Shown piece after piece: positions 24,009 through 37,392 of a DNA stretch of 63,924 nt (its first letter is position 1; each line of letters starts with the position of its first letter). Source of the stretch: Octopus bimaculoides (lineage: Eukaryota); NCBI RefSeq assembly GCF_001194135.2, contig NC_068987.1, positions 15,862,002 to 15,925,925 on the forward strand, written 5' to 3'. Under the pieces are notes generated by a model. The model was given only the letters and a program-made list of their open reading frames with translations. It had not been told where the DNA came from and searched no databases. Made by a program: the position numbers and the translations under genes.

Positions 24009-24130
24009 GCTTAAATGAAACAGAAAAGAAGAGAGTCCAGACAGCCTTTGATATTTTTATCATAATTGTCAGCACAATGTCAAGTATTCTTTGCTTAAGG
24101 TCAATATGGCGAGCTCAAAGTTTAAAAAAG
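24009..24130 (+). CDS. MCOLN: Mucolipin exon 8: GLNETEKKRVQTAFDIFIIIVSTMSSILCLRSIWRAQSLKK (S2)
   Basis: ttcttcAG / GTAAGT, 122 nt, phase 1-0; FD...S.ILC.RS motif. Confidence 0.95.
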
Positions 24131-25063
24131 GTAAGTGAATAGTTATTGTGTAGTTATGCATGTGTTTAGCTCCTTTTCTCTCTCTCATCAAATGAATTTT
24201 TTTAATGTTTTGTTTTGTAGATATTGCTCTGGACTTATAATATTGGTTTCAAATTTTTGCATATCACCAACAATTTCCAGAGAGGGATCAATTATATCAA
24301 CCCCGAAAGGATGAAAGGCAAAGTCGATCCTGGGAAAATTTGAATGCAGAATATGGATGAAATGCTGCTAAGCATTTTTCCCAGCAGGCTAACAATTCTG
24401 CCAGCTCACTGCCTTCTGGGACTTATGCTGTTTTAACTAATATGATTTTGTATCAATACTTAGCCACTTTAAGGCAGCAAGCTGGCAGAAACATTAGACG
24501 AATTCCTGCTAAGCATTTCGCTCAGCATGCTGTCTTTACATTTTGACTTCAAATTCTGCCAAAGCCAACTTTGCCTTTCATCCTTTCAGGGTCGATAAAT
24601 TAAGTACCAGTTGCATACTGGGGTAAATCGAATCGACTGGCTCCCTCCCCAAAAATTTCAGGCCTTGTGCCTTGAGTAGTAAAGAATATTTATCCACTTT
24701 GTAAGGTGGAAAGCTAGTGGAACTGCTAGCATATGGGGTAAAATGCTTAGTTCAAATCCTATCAAGGCCAACTCTGACTTGGCTTTTGAGCTTTTGGAAT
24801 CAGTAAAATGACTGAGCACCAGGGTTAGTGTAATCAACTTACCCCCTCCCCTGGTATTGCCGACCTTTATAACCAAAATTTGAAACCTACATTCATCAAT
24901 ATTTACCTGGAGACACTTTTAAAGCTAATGTAGGCTCAAAAAGATTTGGGATGTATTCATAGGCGTCAGGATTATGCAGATTGCCCCCCCCCCCCAAATG
25001 CAGAAGGGGCGAAGTTGTTGAGAGAGAGAAATGCTGTGTGTGTGGGTGTGTGCGTGTGTGTGG

Positions 25064-25094
<31 letters not shown>

Positions 25095-25774
25095 TGCGTG
25101 CGTGTGCAAGAAAGAAATGTAGGTAGTGTTGTCACCATAGTAATAAGTTTTGGTTAAAAATGCAGGGGTTTTTAAAGTACAAATCTTTCAATACTATACA
25201 AACTTCAAAAGAAGGTTATATATATATGTATGTATAACATATGTATAGTTATTTTTTTTCTTTCTGTATTTCTGTGTCTTTCAACATATAGACAATGTAA
25301 CAGATTTTCTAAAAAGACTTACCCCTTTGAACAATTTACCAACAGGTAGTGACAGGCAACAACCAAGTACAACATAAAAACTAGTTGAGGTTTTGAAATT
25401 CTGTTGCTACCACTATGAATGTGAAGATTATAGTTTAGAAAATTGTGCATTCAGTGCACATTTTTCTTAAAATGCAAACAATGAGAGAATTTGAACAAAC
25501 CCTGTTTCAAATTCCAGGTCAAGTGCTTTATTCATCCACTTGTCATTCATACAAAGCAGTTGTGTTTTTTTTTGTTTTTTGTCTTTCTTTCCACCTATTT
25601 CTTCGCAATACTTTTTCAGTATAAGAAAAAAATGATACTGTTTACTCATTTGATATTTGTTCATTTATTTTCTGTGGAGTGTGTGTGAGTGCATTGAAAT
25701 TTCAATCATAACAATTTGTTTTGTGTTTTTGTTCAATTGTTTGACTTATTACTTTTGTTTCATTTACACAAAAG

Positions 25775-25924
25775 GAAACTGCCAAATTTTTCAAGAATCA
25801 TTTTCGGAAAGTATTAGAGTGGTATGACCGCTTGGAATTTCTGAACATGTGGTTTATCCTCATTGTTATAAATGACTGCCTTACCATTGTTGGATCTTGT
25901 TTTAAAATCAAAATAGAAACTCGA
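25775..25924 (+). CDS. MCOLN: Mucolipin exon 9: ETAKFFKNHFRKVLEWYDRLEFLNMWFILIVINDCLTIVGSCFKIKIETR (S3)
   Basis: Weak acacaaaAG acceptor / GTAAGT, 150 nt; RLEF.N.W..L....D motif. Confidence 0.93.
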
Positions 25925-28337
25925 GTAAGTATTAAAAGAAATTATTGATGATTCTAGTGGTAAAATATGCAATAACAATAACTTAAGTAGATGTGCTTTC
26001 AGCTTTCATTGTGTGATTTTCTTTGTTGTTGCAGAATAAAGTTATATTGTTTGTTGAAATTAATTCCCTGAAATTAACTCCTGATAATAGTTTGCTGTGT
26101 TCAACTTTAAAACATTTTGTTTATGCTTGTACTTGCCAATGAATAATCTTCCTTCTATTTTCCTCTAATTTTTCTCGCTATTATACTTTTTTTTTTTTTC
26201 TGCAAACTGGTTCCTTTCTTTTTTATTTACCAGCTATTCTTATATCCTTTTTTCACTTCTACCAGTTAATTTTTTTGTTTGTTCTTTTAACCATTTCATT
26301 TCCATATTTCTATTGACATGCACTACTTTTTGTTTCAATTCATTTTTATAATGATGAAAAATTTAGTAAAATAGCATTTTTAATGTGCTGTTTGAAACCT
26401 AAATTAACATGAAATTTTTATGGAAGTTTTTAATGTAGATCACTTCAACCAGCATTTCAATTATTATCAAATGTAATGCTTATTCGTTTACATTGTTTTG
26501 AATTCATTATGCATTATCTCTTAGCTTTAAAATTTCGATGATATATTCTTTTAGAATGGCATCGCAGGGTAAGTGTAAGAAGCTAGATCTGGCTGGTTTG
26601 AGCATAAAATAGATGGAATTTTTGGGCTGGATATGGCAAGTTCACATGTTTAAGGATTAAACAGGAATTTTATATCATAGTACCAGAGGCAGTCTCTGGA
26701 TGGTTGGTAACAAAGGATTTAAAATCCTCTCTAGCTTTCTTTTGCCGTTTTCTTGTCCTATCCATATAGATAAGGAAGCAGTCTTGTATTAAATACTCCT
26801 ATATACTTAAAGCTTGCTCCCCATGATCAACTCTTTATCAGTTTTAAATATGGTCAAAAATATCTATATTTAAATCAATTTTACAAAATTATGAAATGCT
26901 CAATCAGCTTTAGAAACTTTTAACATTTTTTTTTTATGAATTCTTTAAATTCCAGTGTTGTAAGTGCAAGGTAATTATAAGAAACATGCTTTTAACTCCA
27001 CTTGTTGTTTTCATCATTTTCATCCCAACCTCTTTCATGTGTTTACCCTTTTAACCTTCAGATCCTTTGCACTATTTCATTTCTATTTTGGCAATTAAAA
27101 TTTAAAAAATAAAAAAAATTGTGAGCAAATAGTGCTTGATTAATTTGCATCTAACTCTTCTTGAAGAGCAGCTTCGCCATGCTGAAATTGTTGTATACCT
27201 TTTCATCTGTACTCCCCCTGTTACAACCAGATGGTCTGCTTGACTGATCTCAAAAATTCTTCCCAATGTAGTGTGATTAAAGGTATGTAATGTCCAGTTC
27301 AATCACACCAGATATAAGCCACCATCTCTGTTGGATTTGGCAACCTTCACTCATTGATTTTAGCACTATCATTATTGGGCTCTTTTTATACTCTCATGGA
27401 TGAGCTTCTCTCCAACTCGGTTGAACCTTTTGAAGGTGTTTGAAACTACCTACATGTCTTGAATGCAGTTCCATTTGTGCTATAAAATCTTAGTTAATTT
27501 GCTTGACCAGCATAGACTGGTATGTTTCAGTTCTGCTACACAGGAGGACAAGACTTAAAATTATACTGTCAAGGGTGACTGGCATCCAGCAGGGTAACGG
27601 TCCAAATTTACATTTCACTCGGACTTCTGATATGTGACTGACCCAAATGCCACAGCAGGTCTGCTGTAGATATTTTTGGTCTGTACTGGTTGTCATGCTA
27701 CCTCAGTGCTAACTAGTCACTTCCTTGCCATACCATTCTGAACGATGTGAAATGCAGTTTAGACATGGCTGATTTTTTTTTTTTCCTTTTTTCTATAGCA
27801 ACTGAAGCCAGTGGGATTAGATCTGAAGAATGATAAAAGACCAGATGACATCATTGGTCTTCAAATTCTGAGGTGGCAAATATTTAATCCAAGGATGTGA
27901 TTTGTAGGGATACAAGCACTGGTTACTATCAAACATTTTTCAAACTTATAGTTGTGGAAACAACTGACATTCTGTCCCCTCCTCACAAACGACTTCCTTG
28001 TATAGTTTAGTCAGATTAGAGATTACCATCCACAAGAACAAACCCTTCAAGGGAATTCTTGTCGCTGTGTCACCCTCATCATTCTTTGGGGTGATACATT
28101 CAACATTTTGCATTGGGATTACAAGACATTTGCAGTCTCACTGTTAATAAATATCTCATTTTATACAAGGTCCATTTTATTGAAGAAATAACATTTTCTA
28201 CTAATTATACGTGAAAGTTATCTGAATAACAAAATTACCTAATTCCTCTAAAAAGACAACAAAAAAAGATAAAAACAATCTTTTGTTTTCTGTGTATTTG
28301 AGCCATGTATGTAGGTATGTATGTGTGTATATATATA

Positions 28338-28388
<51 letters not shown>

Positions 28389-29461
28389 TATATGTATTCA
28401 TTCAGTCATTTAGACATGGAATATGAGATTCCACTTTCTAAGACTTGTTGCATGCTTCCACATTTACTTTTTGCAATGTTGCAATTTTTTATTTTTTTAT
28501 TTTTTTTTAAAGCACCATAACAAAATCTTCTCTGCTCTTATTTAGGGCAGCTGCTTCAAGTTTTCTTTCCTCTAACCCAATCTTTGCCATAGAACTTAAC
28601 ATTTTTACATTCAAATTTCATAACATTTTTCTACTTTTTTTTTATTCCTTATTATCCACATTTCTGTTTTTATTGTCCACATCCCTACATCCATGAAATG
28701 TACCTGCCTATGTGTATGTGTGATCATCGTTGAAATGTTAACTTTTCCTTGCTTGCATAGGCCAGAAAGATTTTCTGTGGCAGAGTACCTTTCCTGTCAC
28801 CAACCCTGACTTGTTTCTGAACGAGGCAATATTTCCCCACGACCAAATGTGTTTTCATGGAAGATTGGAAATGTATGACACTACTTCTATGACAGTGATA
28901 CTTGTTTATATGTATCACATGGTTGCAAGACAAGGTAGCATGAACACACATATACAATGGGCTTCTTTCAGTTTCCATGTTCCAAATATTTGATTGATGT
29001 TTTAATCAGGGATCAAATTTTGTAATCTCTTTCGGAATTTATTGAGCAATACCTGATAGGACAATAAATATTAAACCTGTAATTTCAGAAAGGAACCTGT
29101 TTAGTATCCAGGTCTAAAAAGAAATTTTACCTAAGCAACAAAAGCAAGATATGGGAAATTTTTTAGTTATAAATATGTCCCAAACTTGGACTGCAGCCAT
29201 GCTGGAGTACTGCTTTGAAGGGTTTAAACAAATCAGCCCTAGTACTTATATTTTTTAAAGTTTGTCACTTGTTCTATTGTTCTTGTTTGCAAAACCACCA
29301 ACTTAACCAATACCAGTTGTCAGTTGGGGAGGTTGAAACAAATTAAGAGTGGTCTGTCAGTTTTTCACAATTTAAAACTCTTTGATAGACGTTGCACACT
29401 TACCTGAGGTGCTACACAGAGAAATAGTTGAATATGCTTAGTTCAAATATCTACTGCATAG

Positions 29462-29511
<50 letters not shown>

Positions 29512-30584
29512 GAGAGAGAAACGCACACATACCATATGGATAGTTCTGTGTTCTTTTCAATGAGGTTTCAGTTTGGTCTGTCAGATTACTTGGTCATTTG
29601 ATTAACATGTAAATGGCTGAGTACTACAGATGTGTGCTCTTAGTCTGATTCTGCCGGAGAATTATATTGACAGAATGTGTGACAAGACTGTACCAATGAA
29701 TATGCTATGTATCCAATGGGCTTCTGTACAGTTTCCATCTATCCACTTTCATTTTCTCTTGGATAACATCGGTGGTGTGGAGAAGGGAGGCTGGTATGCA
29801 AAGGCAACTGCTGGTCTTTCATAAACAACCTTGTGACTCGGAGGGTAACTTTCTAGGTGCAATCTCATGGTCATTCATGACCGAAGAAGGCTTTTAACTT
29901 ATATCAGGTAATCTCATCATTTAATGTCCACTGTTCTTTGCTTGCATCAGTTGAACAGAATTTATTTAGGCAGAGGTTCAATACCTGGATGCTCTTCCAG
30001 TCACCACACCTCACCTGATTCCAAGCAAGGTAATATTTCCCATGACCAGACATATTTTGTATGGAAGACCTGAAACAAACAACACTGCTTGTATGACAGT
30101 GATGCTTGTTTACGACCATCACATGATGTAAAGACATAGGTACGCACAACCACATACATACTTATATATATATATAGATATATGATGAGCTTTTATCTGT
30201 ATTCAGTGTCTGTCTACCAAACTCACTTACAAGGCTTTAGTTAACCTTGGGCTATAACAAAAGTGATGTACAGCAGGACTGAACTGAAGACTGTCTGGTT
30301 GAGAAGCAGGTTTATCAATTATGCCTAGACTCTTGCACACATGTACACGTCCAGTGATCTTATCTCTGGGATATGTTTACTGGATTCTCTGTGGCCTCCT
30401 TCACTCGTGACTGTCTTAAAAGAAAAATGAAGTTTGCATCTTGGAGAGACTTCCCATATACAATCATTTTGAAATTGACATCACTTGTTTCCATCTATCA
30501 TTCTAGCTTTTGATGTTCCATAGTTTTTTCGGTTTTTTAAATTTTAATTTTTTTCTATCCTTTACATTTATTCATTTTTTTTTT

Positions 30585-30788
30585 ATTTGTCTTCAGTCAT
30601 TTGACTGTGTCCATGCTGGAGCACTGCCTTTAGTCGAGCAAATCAACCCCAGGACTTGTTCTTTGTCAGCCGAGTACTTATTCTATGGGTGTCTTTTGCC
30701 GAACCGCTAAGTTACGGGTTAGTGAACACCCCAGCATCAGTTGTCAGGTGATGTTGGGGGGACAAACACAGACACACAAACAAGTACG

Positions 30789-30822
<34 letters not shown>

Positions 30823-30985
30823 CATACACAACGGCATCCTTCAGTTTCTGTCTACTAAATCCACTCGCAAGGTTTTGGTTGGCCCGAGGCTATAGTAGAA
30901 GACACTTGCCCAAGGTGCCACACAATGAGACTGAACTCATAACCATGTGGTTGGTAAGCAACTACTTACCACACAGCCACTCCTC
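30585..30985 (-). mobile_element. SINE copy in mucolipin intron
   Basis: Near-identical to 11193-11611. Confidence 0.85.
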
Positions 30986-31006
30986 CTTGAACAGTTATGA
31001 AGATTA

Positions 31007-31296
31007 NNNNNNNNNNNNNNNNNNNNNNNNNNNNNNNNNNNNNNNNNNNNNNNNNNNNNNNNNNNNNNNNNNNNNNNNNNNNNNNNNNNNNNNNNNNNNN
31101 NNNNNNNNNNNNNNNNNNNNNNNNNNNNNNNNNNNNNNNNNNNNNNNNNNNNNNNNNNNNNNNNNNNNNNNNNNNNNNNNNNNNNNNNNNNNNNNNNNNN
31201 NNNNNNNNNNNNNNNNNNNNNNNNNNNNNNNNNNNNNNNNNNNNNNNNNNNNNNNNNNNNNNNNNNNNNNNNNNNNNNNNNNNNNNNNNNNNNNNN
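31007..31296. other. Assembly gap (others at 55730-55757, 59329-59571, 62825-63200)
   Basis: N runs, mostly bordered by (TA)n. Confidence 0.99.
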
Positions 31297-31416
31297 ATAT
31301 ATATATATATATACATACATACATACAACATATTTGTAGATGTCCTGGAGTTTATTGCAACAGAATATGTGTAAAGTATTTATTCATGAAATTTTCAAAT
31401 GTTTGCTTCATTTTAG

Positions 31417-31530
31417 AATGTACCCAATACATCCCAAAACTATGATCTCTGTGCCATTATGCTTGGCACAGGAAATCTCCTAAGTTGGATTGGTGTTCTC
31501 CGCTATCTTGGATTCTTCAAAAAATATAAT
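31417..31530 (+). CDS. MCOLN: Mucolipin exon 10: NVPNTSQNYDLCAIMLGTGNLLSWIGVLRYLGFFKKYN (S4)
   Basis: cattttAG / GTAAGT, 114 nt; YD.C.I.LGT..LL.W.GV.RYL.FF..YN motif. Confidence 0.97.
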
Positions 31531-32858
31531 GTAAGTTAAAAGATTTTCATTTTATTTTCATGCACTTATCATTGTACTTGTTATCAATTTATTTTTTTTC
31601 CCAATCAAGAGGAGAAGCAGATACGTCACTCATTGTTATGACTCCTTTTCCATGCTTGCATGGTTTAAATCAGTGGTTCCCAAACTGGCGTCTGTGGACC
31701 CCTGGTGGTCCGTGAACTAATTTCAAAATTTCATATACACACATTCATAACGATAAACATATTAAAAGGGGTCTGTCGGAAAACTTTTTTAATGGGTTGG
31801 GGAATCACTGGGTTAGATGTCATTGAGGTATTGTTTTACAACTGGATGCCCTACTTGTTGCTGTTAAGTAACAGGTCTCTTCATGTGGATTCTAAAGGGG
31901 TGAAGCAAGTGGGTGATTTAAGAGACCTAACAGAACTGCCTATGTGCGACGAATTTTGTAGACATGAGCAAGATAATGAACTTATTGTACACAGTGCACC
32001 TGAGTACTGTGTACTCTATAAACACACATACACTAACACAATCACACACACATACACTAACACACACACACACACTCTAACGCAATCATACACACACACT
32101 AACGCAAACACACTCGCACGTGCTCTAACACGATCGCACACAATGATGATATCATGCACACGGACACTGACACAATCATACGCATGCACATTGACGCAAT
32201 CATACATACAGTGATTGTGTCATTGTGTGCACTGAGAAATTGAAATGACTGTCTTAATCTCTGCACAGATGATGGTGGGTATGTAAGCTCTGAAGAGAAT
32301 TCCCAATAAGAACTGAAACCAGTTTGGCCAAAACTTTGTCTAGAGAGAATTTAAGACAACGTTTGCTTACATTTTTTCCACGGTATTTGATTACATATCA
32401 CAGCAATTGCTAAAATCTAGTGCTTCTTGCATAAGGAATATCCTATTATTCATTTCCCTTACCCAGAATGTTTTCCTTAGTGCATAAATTATAATTTAGA
32501 TGTGCTGGGCTTACCAAACAGGTAAGAGCAAGGAAAACCTGATGAAATTCACAAATAGTCTTGTTGTTTAAATCTATGCCAACTCTAGCAGATATTTGAC
32601 CAAAAACATTCCAATTATGATCATCCCACCTTTTTAAGGATATGTAAGGGTACATTATTTTACTTCATGTGTCCTTACCTGATATAAGATAGTAGAGTAT
32701 GATAGTGTTTTGTAAGTGAAACTGGTTGCTTTTTTAGCAGGTAGTGACTACATAGCTGCTCCCTTGTTGACTTAGTATTTTACAGTGGTAAGGATGAGAT
32801 CAAGTTTTGAAGTGGAATTTGTTACACAATGTTGCATAATTTTTTCTTCTTTTTTCAG

Positions 32859-32981
32859 ATTTTGATATTGACCCTCAAGAGAGCTGCACCAAATGTGTTA
32901 CGTTTTCTTACTTGTGCTCTACTTATGTACTTTGGATTTGTGTTTTGTGGTTGGGTTATATTAGGTCCTTATCATATAAAG
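32859..32981 (+). CDS. MCOLN: Mucolipin exon 11: ILILTLKRAAPNVLRFLTCALLMYFGFVFCGWVILGPYHIK (S5)
   Basis: ttttttcAG / GTAAGT, 123 nt; FCGW..LGPYH.K motif. Confidence 0.97.
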
Positions 32982-33800
32982 GTAAGTAGACTTTATTGGT
33001 GAACACACCATGCACGCATGCACACACACACACACACACGACGTGCACACACAATGTGCATGCGCGCACACACATGGCACAAGCGCGCACACACGCACTA
33101 CACACAAATATACGCATGCATGACACAAGCATGCGCACGCACGACACACACACACACACACACAAGCACATGCACTCACTCACACACACACACACACACA
33201 CACACACGAAGTACATGCATGCACAACACACACAAGCATATGCATGCACACACACACAACAAAGTGATCTCTCTGATGCTGATGCCATGATAGTTGCACA
33301 CGGTTCACTCTGTAATTTGGTTGGCGCTATAAAGGACATCTTGCCAGAGAAACCTGCCAACAATGGATTGTATGAATAATATGTTGTCAGCAACTTTTCT
33401 ATGAGGGCAGTGTCTACAAATAAGAACTCTGAATTCTTTTTCTCTGTCTTTCTCAATCTGCAAGCGAATTAATTAGCATCTTCTTTTCTGGATTATAATT
33501 ATTAAAAAAGGTAGCAAGCTGGCAGAATCGTTAGCATGCTAGACAAAATGCTTAGTAGCATTTCATCTGTCTTGATTAAAATAAGTACCAGCTGAGCACT
33601 GGGGTCAATATAATTGACTTACCCCTACTCCAAAAATTTTTGTCCTTGTGCTAAAAATTTGAAACCATTAAATGTTAAGTATAACAAAAGTTGATTTTAT
33701 TTATTCTGGAATATTCAGTAAATTTACCATGCACACATATATACAATTGTACCATTTCTTTCTTGTTATTAATCTGAACACTTTTTTTCTTTTCTACCAG

Positions 33801-34007
33801 TTCCGTCATTTGAGCACCACATCAGAATGTTTGTTTTCTTTAGTCAATGGTGATGATATGTTTGTGACTTTCTCTGCATTGCAAACCAGCAATAGTTTCA
33901 TTTGGTTTTACTCCCGTGTCTATCTTTACTGCTTTATTGGCATTTTCATCTATGTTGTGCTAAGTTTATTTATTGCTGTCATCATGGATTCTTATGAAAC
34001 AATTAAG
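33801..34007 (+). CDS. MCOLN: Mucolipin exon 12: [24 protein letters not shown]...[18 protein letters not shown] (pore helix, NGDD filter, S6)
   Basis: ctaccAG / GTAAGA, 207 nt; diagnostic SECLFSL.NGDDMF.TF. Confidence 0.98.
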
Positions 34008-34952
34008 GTAAGAAATGCTATTTGTAGATTTTTACCTTTCTTTTTTTATATTTTAATTGAGCTGCAGCTTTTGTACATTTACATATAAAAAACAATGTCT
34101 ATTTTTTCACAGAGCATAATTTTTATCTACAAACCACTGTGGTTTAACAAATATATAATGTATTATTTCTTTTATTGCCTGTTCTAGCTTACATTATTTC
34201 TATTACATCATCCATCACATTTATTTTATTCACCTCTATGCATTGGATTGTATTAAATGTAAAATATATAGTAACAATACAATACATGCTACTGCACTGG
34301 GATGTTAATTTACTCCGGTCTGAAAGGCAGCACTTCACTCTCTCCCAATACTACCAAAGCCTTGTGAGTGGATTTGGTAGATGGAAACTGAAAGAAGCCC
34401 GCCATACAGTTATATATGTCTGTCTGTTCTCCCACCGTCGCTTGACAACCGATGTTGGTGTGTTTACGTCCTTGAAACTTAGTGGTTTGGCAAAAGAGAC
34501 TGATGGAATGAGTACTAGGCTTACAAAGAATAATTCCTTGAGTTGATTTGTTTGACTAAAGGTGGTGCTCCAGCATGGCTACGGTCAAGTGACTGAAACA
34601 TGTAAAAGAATATTGATAGAAAACCTTGTGAAGAAAAAAGCAAATTATGTGAATACCATCCAATGAGAGCTTCATTCTGCTAGAAATGGCAGCCAAATCA
34701 TCTAAAATAATACCTTACCATCTTGAAAAACAAGATGGTTTAATAATGCATAATACTTTTGACCATAGGCTGGCTTCATTGAAGTTCACTTGATGTTAAT
34801 CCAATCACCCTTACATTTTATTGTCATCATGAATTCTGAAACCCATCCAATGCTTGCTAACAGAGAAAATGTTTATAAAACTGAAGAAAGAAAAAAAGTT
34901 CTCAAATTTTTTCATGATTTTTTTTTTTTCTTTTGAATTTTTTTTTTTTTAG

Positions 34953-35092
34953 CATTATTATGAAAATGGTTTCCCACGCAGTGAATTATTTGAGTTCATA
35001 GATGAATGTACTGATCCTCCTCACTCAGAAATTTATCGCCAAGAACTACGGGGTTGGGACTGCAGCACTGTGTTTTGTTTCTGTTGTAAAAA
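34953..35092 (+). CDS. MCOLN: Mucolipin exon 13: HYYENGFPRSELFEFIDECTDPPHSEIYRQELRGWDCSTVFCFCCK (C-terminal tail)
   Basis: poly-T AG / GTAAGT, 140 nt, phase 0-2; F..EC.D.P.S..YR motif and Cys cluster. Confidence 0.93.
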
Positions 35093-37346
35093 GTAAGTAT
35101 TTATTGCATTGAACATCTTCATTTAAAGTCTGTTTTCCTTGCTGGCATAGGTTAGATGGTTTAACTGAAAATCTGATTTGGCAAGGTTTCTATAGCTGGA
35201 TGCCTTTCCTAATGCCAACCACTCCGAGTGTGTAGTGGGTGTTTTTTTTACTATGGTCTCACTTGGTTTGACAGGTCTACACAAGCATGGTATATCACCA
35301 AAGGTCTCGGTCACCTGTCACTGTCTCTATGAGGCCTGATATTCAAATGGTACCTTTTACATGTCACCGGCATGGGTGCCAGTCAGACGGCACTGGCATT
35401 GGCCACAACTACGATTGCACTTGGCTCGACAGGTCTTCACAAGCACAGCATATTGCCCAACGTTTGAAGGGTGCTTTTTATGTGCCAGTTATGTGACACT
35501 GGCATCGGCCATGACTATGATCTCACTTGGCTTGACAGGTCTTCTCAAGCACAACATATTGCCAAAGATCTCTGTCACTTGTCATTGCATCCATGAGGCC
35601 CAACATTCTTAATCTTTTTATCATTCCTCTACACGCCAGTTGAGTTTAAAATCTGCAATGATTGCTTGATTAGTTTAACAACTGACTAGATTGCAAACCA
35701 AGAAAGGGAGCCTTTACGTGTTGGCTCAATCCACTAGCAATAACAGCCAAATCTTCCTCAAATCATGCTATATTGAAGGGCAACGTTTATCTAATGCTGC
35801 CCTCGTTAAATTAAGCCTTAGAAAATAAACAAGAGTATAATGGCTTGAATGCTTGTTACGCTACGTTTGCTCGATCAGGTGTGACTTAGATCAAACAACA
35901 ATCACTGAGTGAACTCGTCCATCTCGCTAGCTGTGTGAGGTCGCTATTAAACAAGGGACATAACTTTGTCAGATATTCACTCTAATAAAATGTTTTACCT
36001 CATTCCTGAATATTTGGTCTTAGAATGAATGCATAACCATATAACATGGGTATAACAGGGTATGGATATGTGTTGGAGACATGACGAATCTCTCGAGATG
36101 TCATAAAACATTGTTTTAGCCTAATCTACGTTTATCCCTAACTATAGTAAGTTATAGGGTAGTTAAACTAGACAGAACATGTGAGGATTCTATGTCTACT
36201 GTAAACTTTTGATGTTACTTTATATTAACACATAAAGCGCGACAGGTCACGATGGTGGCCGTCAGGCACAGGACACGATCGTGGCGCAGATAGATGCATT
36301 TAATTTATGGGTGTTTGTTAGTTCAACTAATGATTTTTCGGATGATGTAAAACTTGCCACCATTATATTCTAAGAAGATATTTTAACTATTTTTTGCTTT
36401 TTATGTGTGCATGGTAATCTCATTTTCATAAAATGTGCTCAGCAGTTCCTGCTATGTAAGTGAAAATCCCAGTGCTTTATGGGTTAATAAAACTTTTCAG
36501 TCATGAGATGTTGGGTTCGAGCCCACTGTGTGGTATTTTGAGCACATGTTTATTTTACCATGACTTCAGATCAACCCTAGCCTAGTGGTATAGGTTAGAT
36601 AGAAACTGTAAAGAAGCCTTTTAGATGGATTGTAACTTGTAATTGAAAAGGTACAGCCTTGTCACACACAGTGTCATGCTGATTCTAATTGAGGATTACT
36701 TTGTGTGGGGAGAATGTTTAGGCCACTTAGCTGCTAATTCAATGAACAAGTGACTCTGTTAACATTAAAGAACCATTTACTTCATTAACCATTTAAAAGT
36801 AACAACACTTACTTGCTTAAGCTTTCCACTCCCTGTGGAACATAGGTTATCTATGATTTTTTTCCTCTGCTTCTCTCAAGTTGTATCCTTGCTTCTGGCA
36901 GCTTCCATTCAAATTTTGCTGCACCGCATCAGGTCTCTCTTAGAAAAGGCCTTTCTCTCCCATGGCTTGTTAGTTTTGAATTGTCATCGAAGCATCTGTA
37001 ACCTTTTTTTTTTTTTTTTTTTACTAGATGGGGGTTTTCGCCTGATACAAGTCCATTTTCCTCTCTGGGAAGAGGTGATCCTTATTTGTCTGGTCTTTAT
37101 CCTTTGACCTATTCGGCTACCCACTTGGAGCTTGTATTCAGGTAGCACAGCTCGAGTCATTGAGGCACATGAGACCCCGTCCCCACCCCCAACAAGGACT
37201 TGACCTTGTGGTGAAACACATTCTAAGCATTTATTAAAAAAAACCATGTCAGTTGACAGAACCTTCTAATTTATGCATTAAAAAAAAAAAGACATTGTTA
37301 CTTAAAGTAGTTTTTTTAATCTTGTTTTATTTTTTATTTTTTTTAG

Positions 37347-37392
37347 TCGAAATCCAGAGGAACTTGAGGAATCCACACGTTTGATTGGCTGA
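37347..37392 (+). CDS. MCOLN: Mucolipin terminal coding exon 14: NRNPEELEESTRLIG-stop
   Basis: ttttttttAG 37346, phase 2 matches the previous exon, TGA 37390-37392; ends in an ExxxLI sorting motif. CDS from ATG 13670 is 1767 nt (588 aa). Confidence 0.85.
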
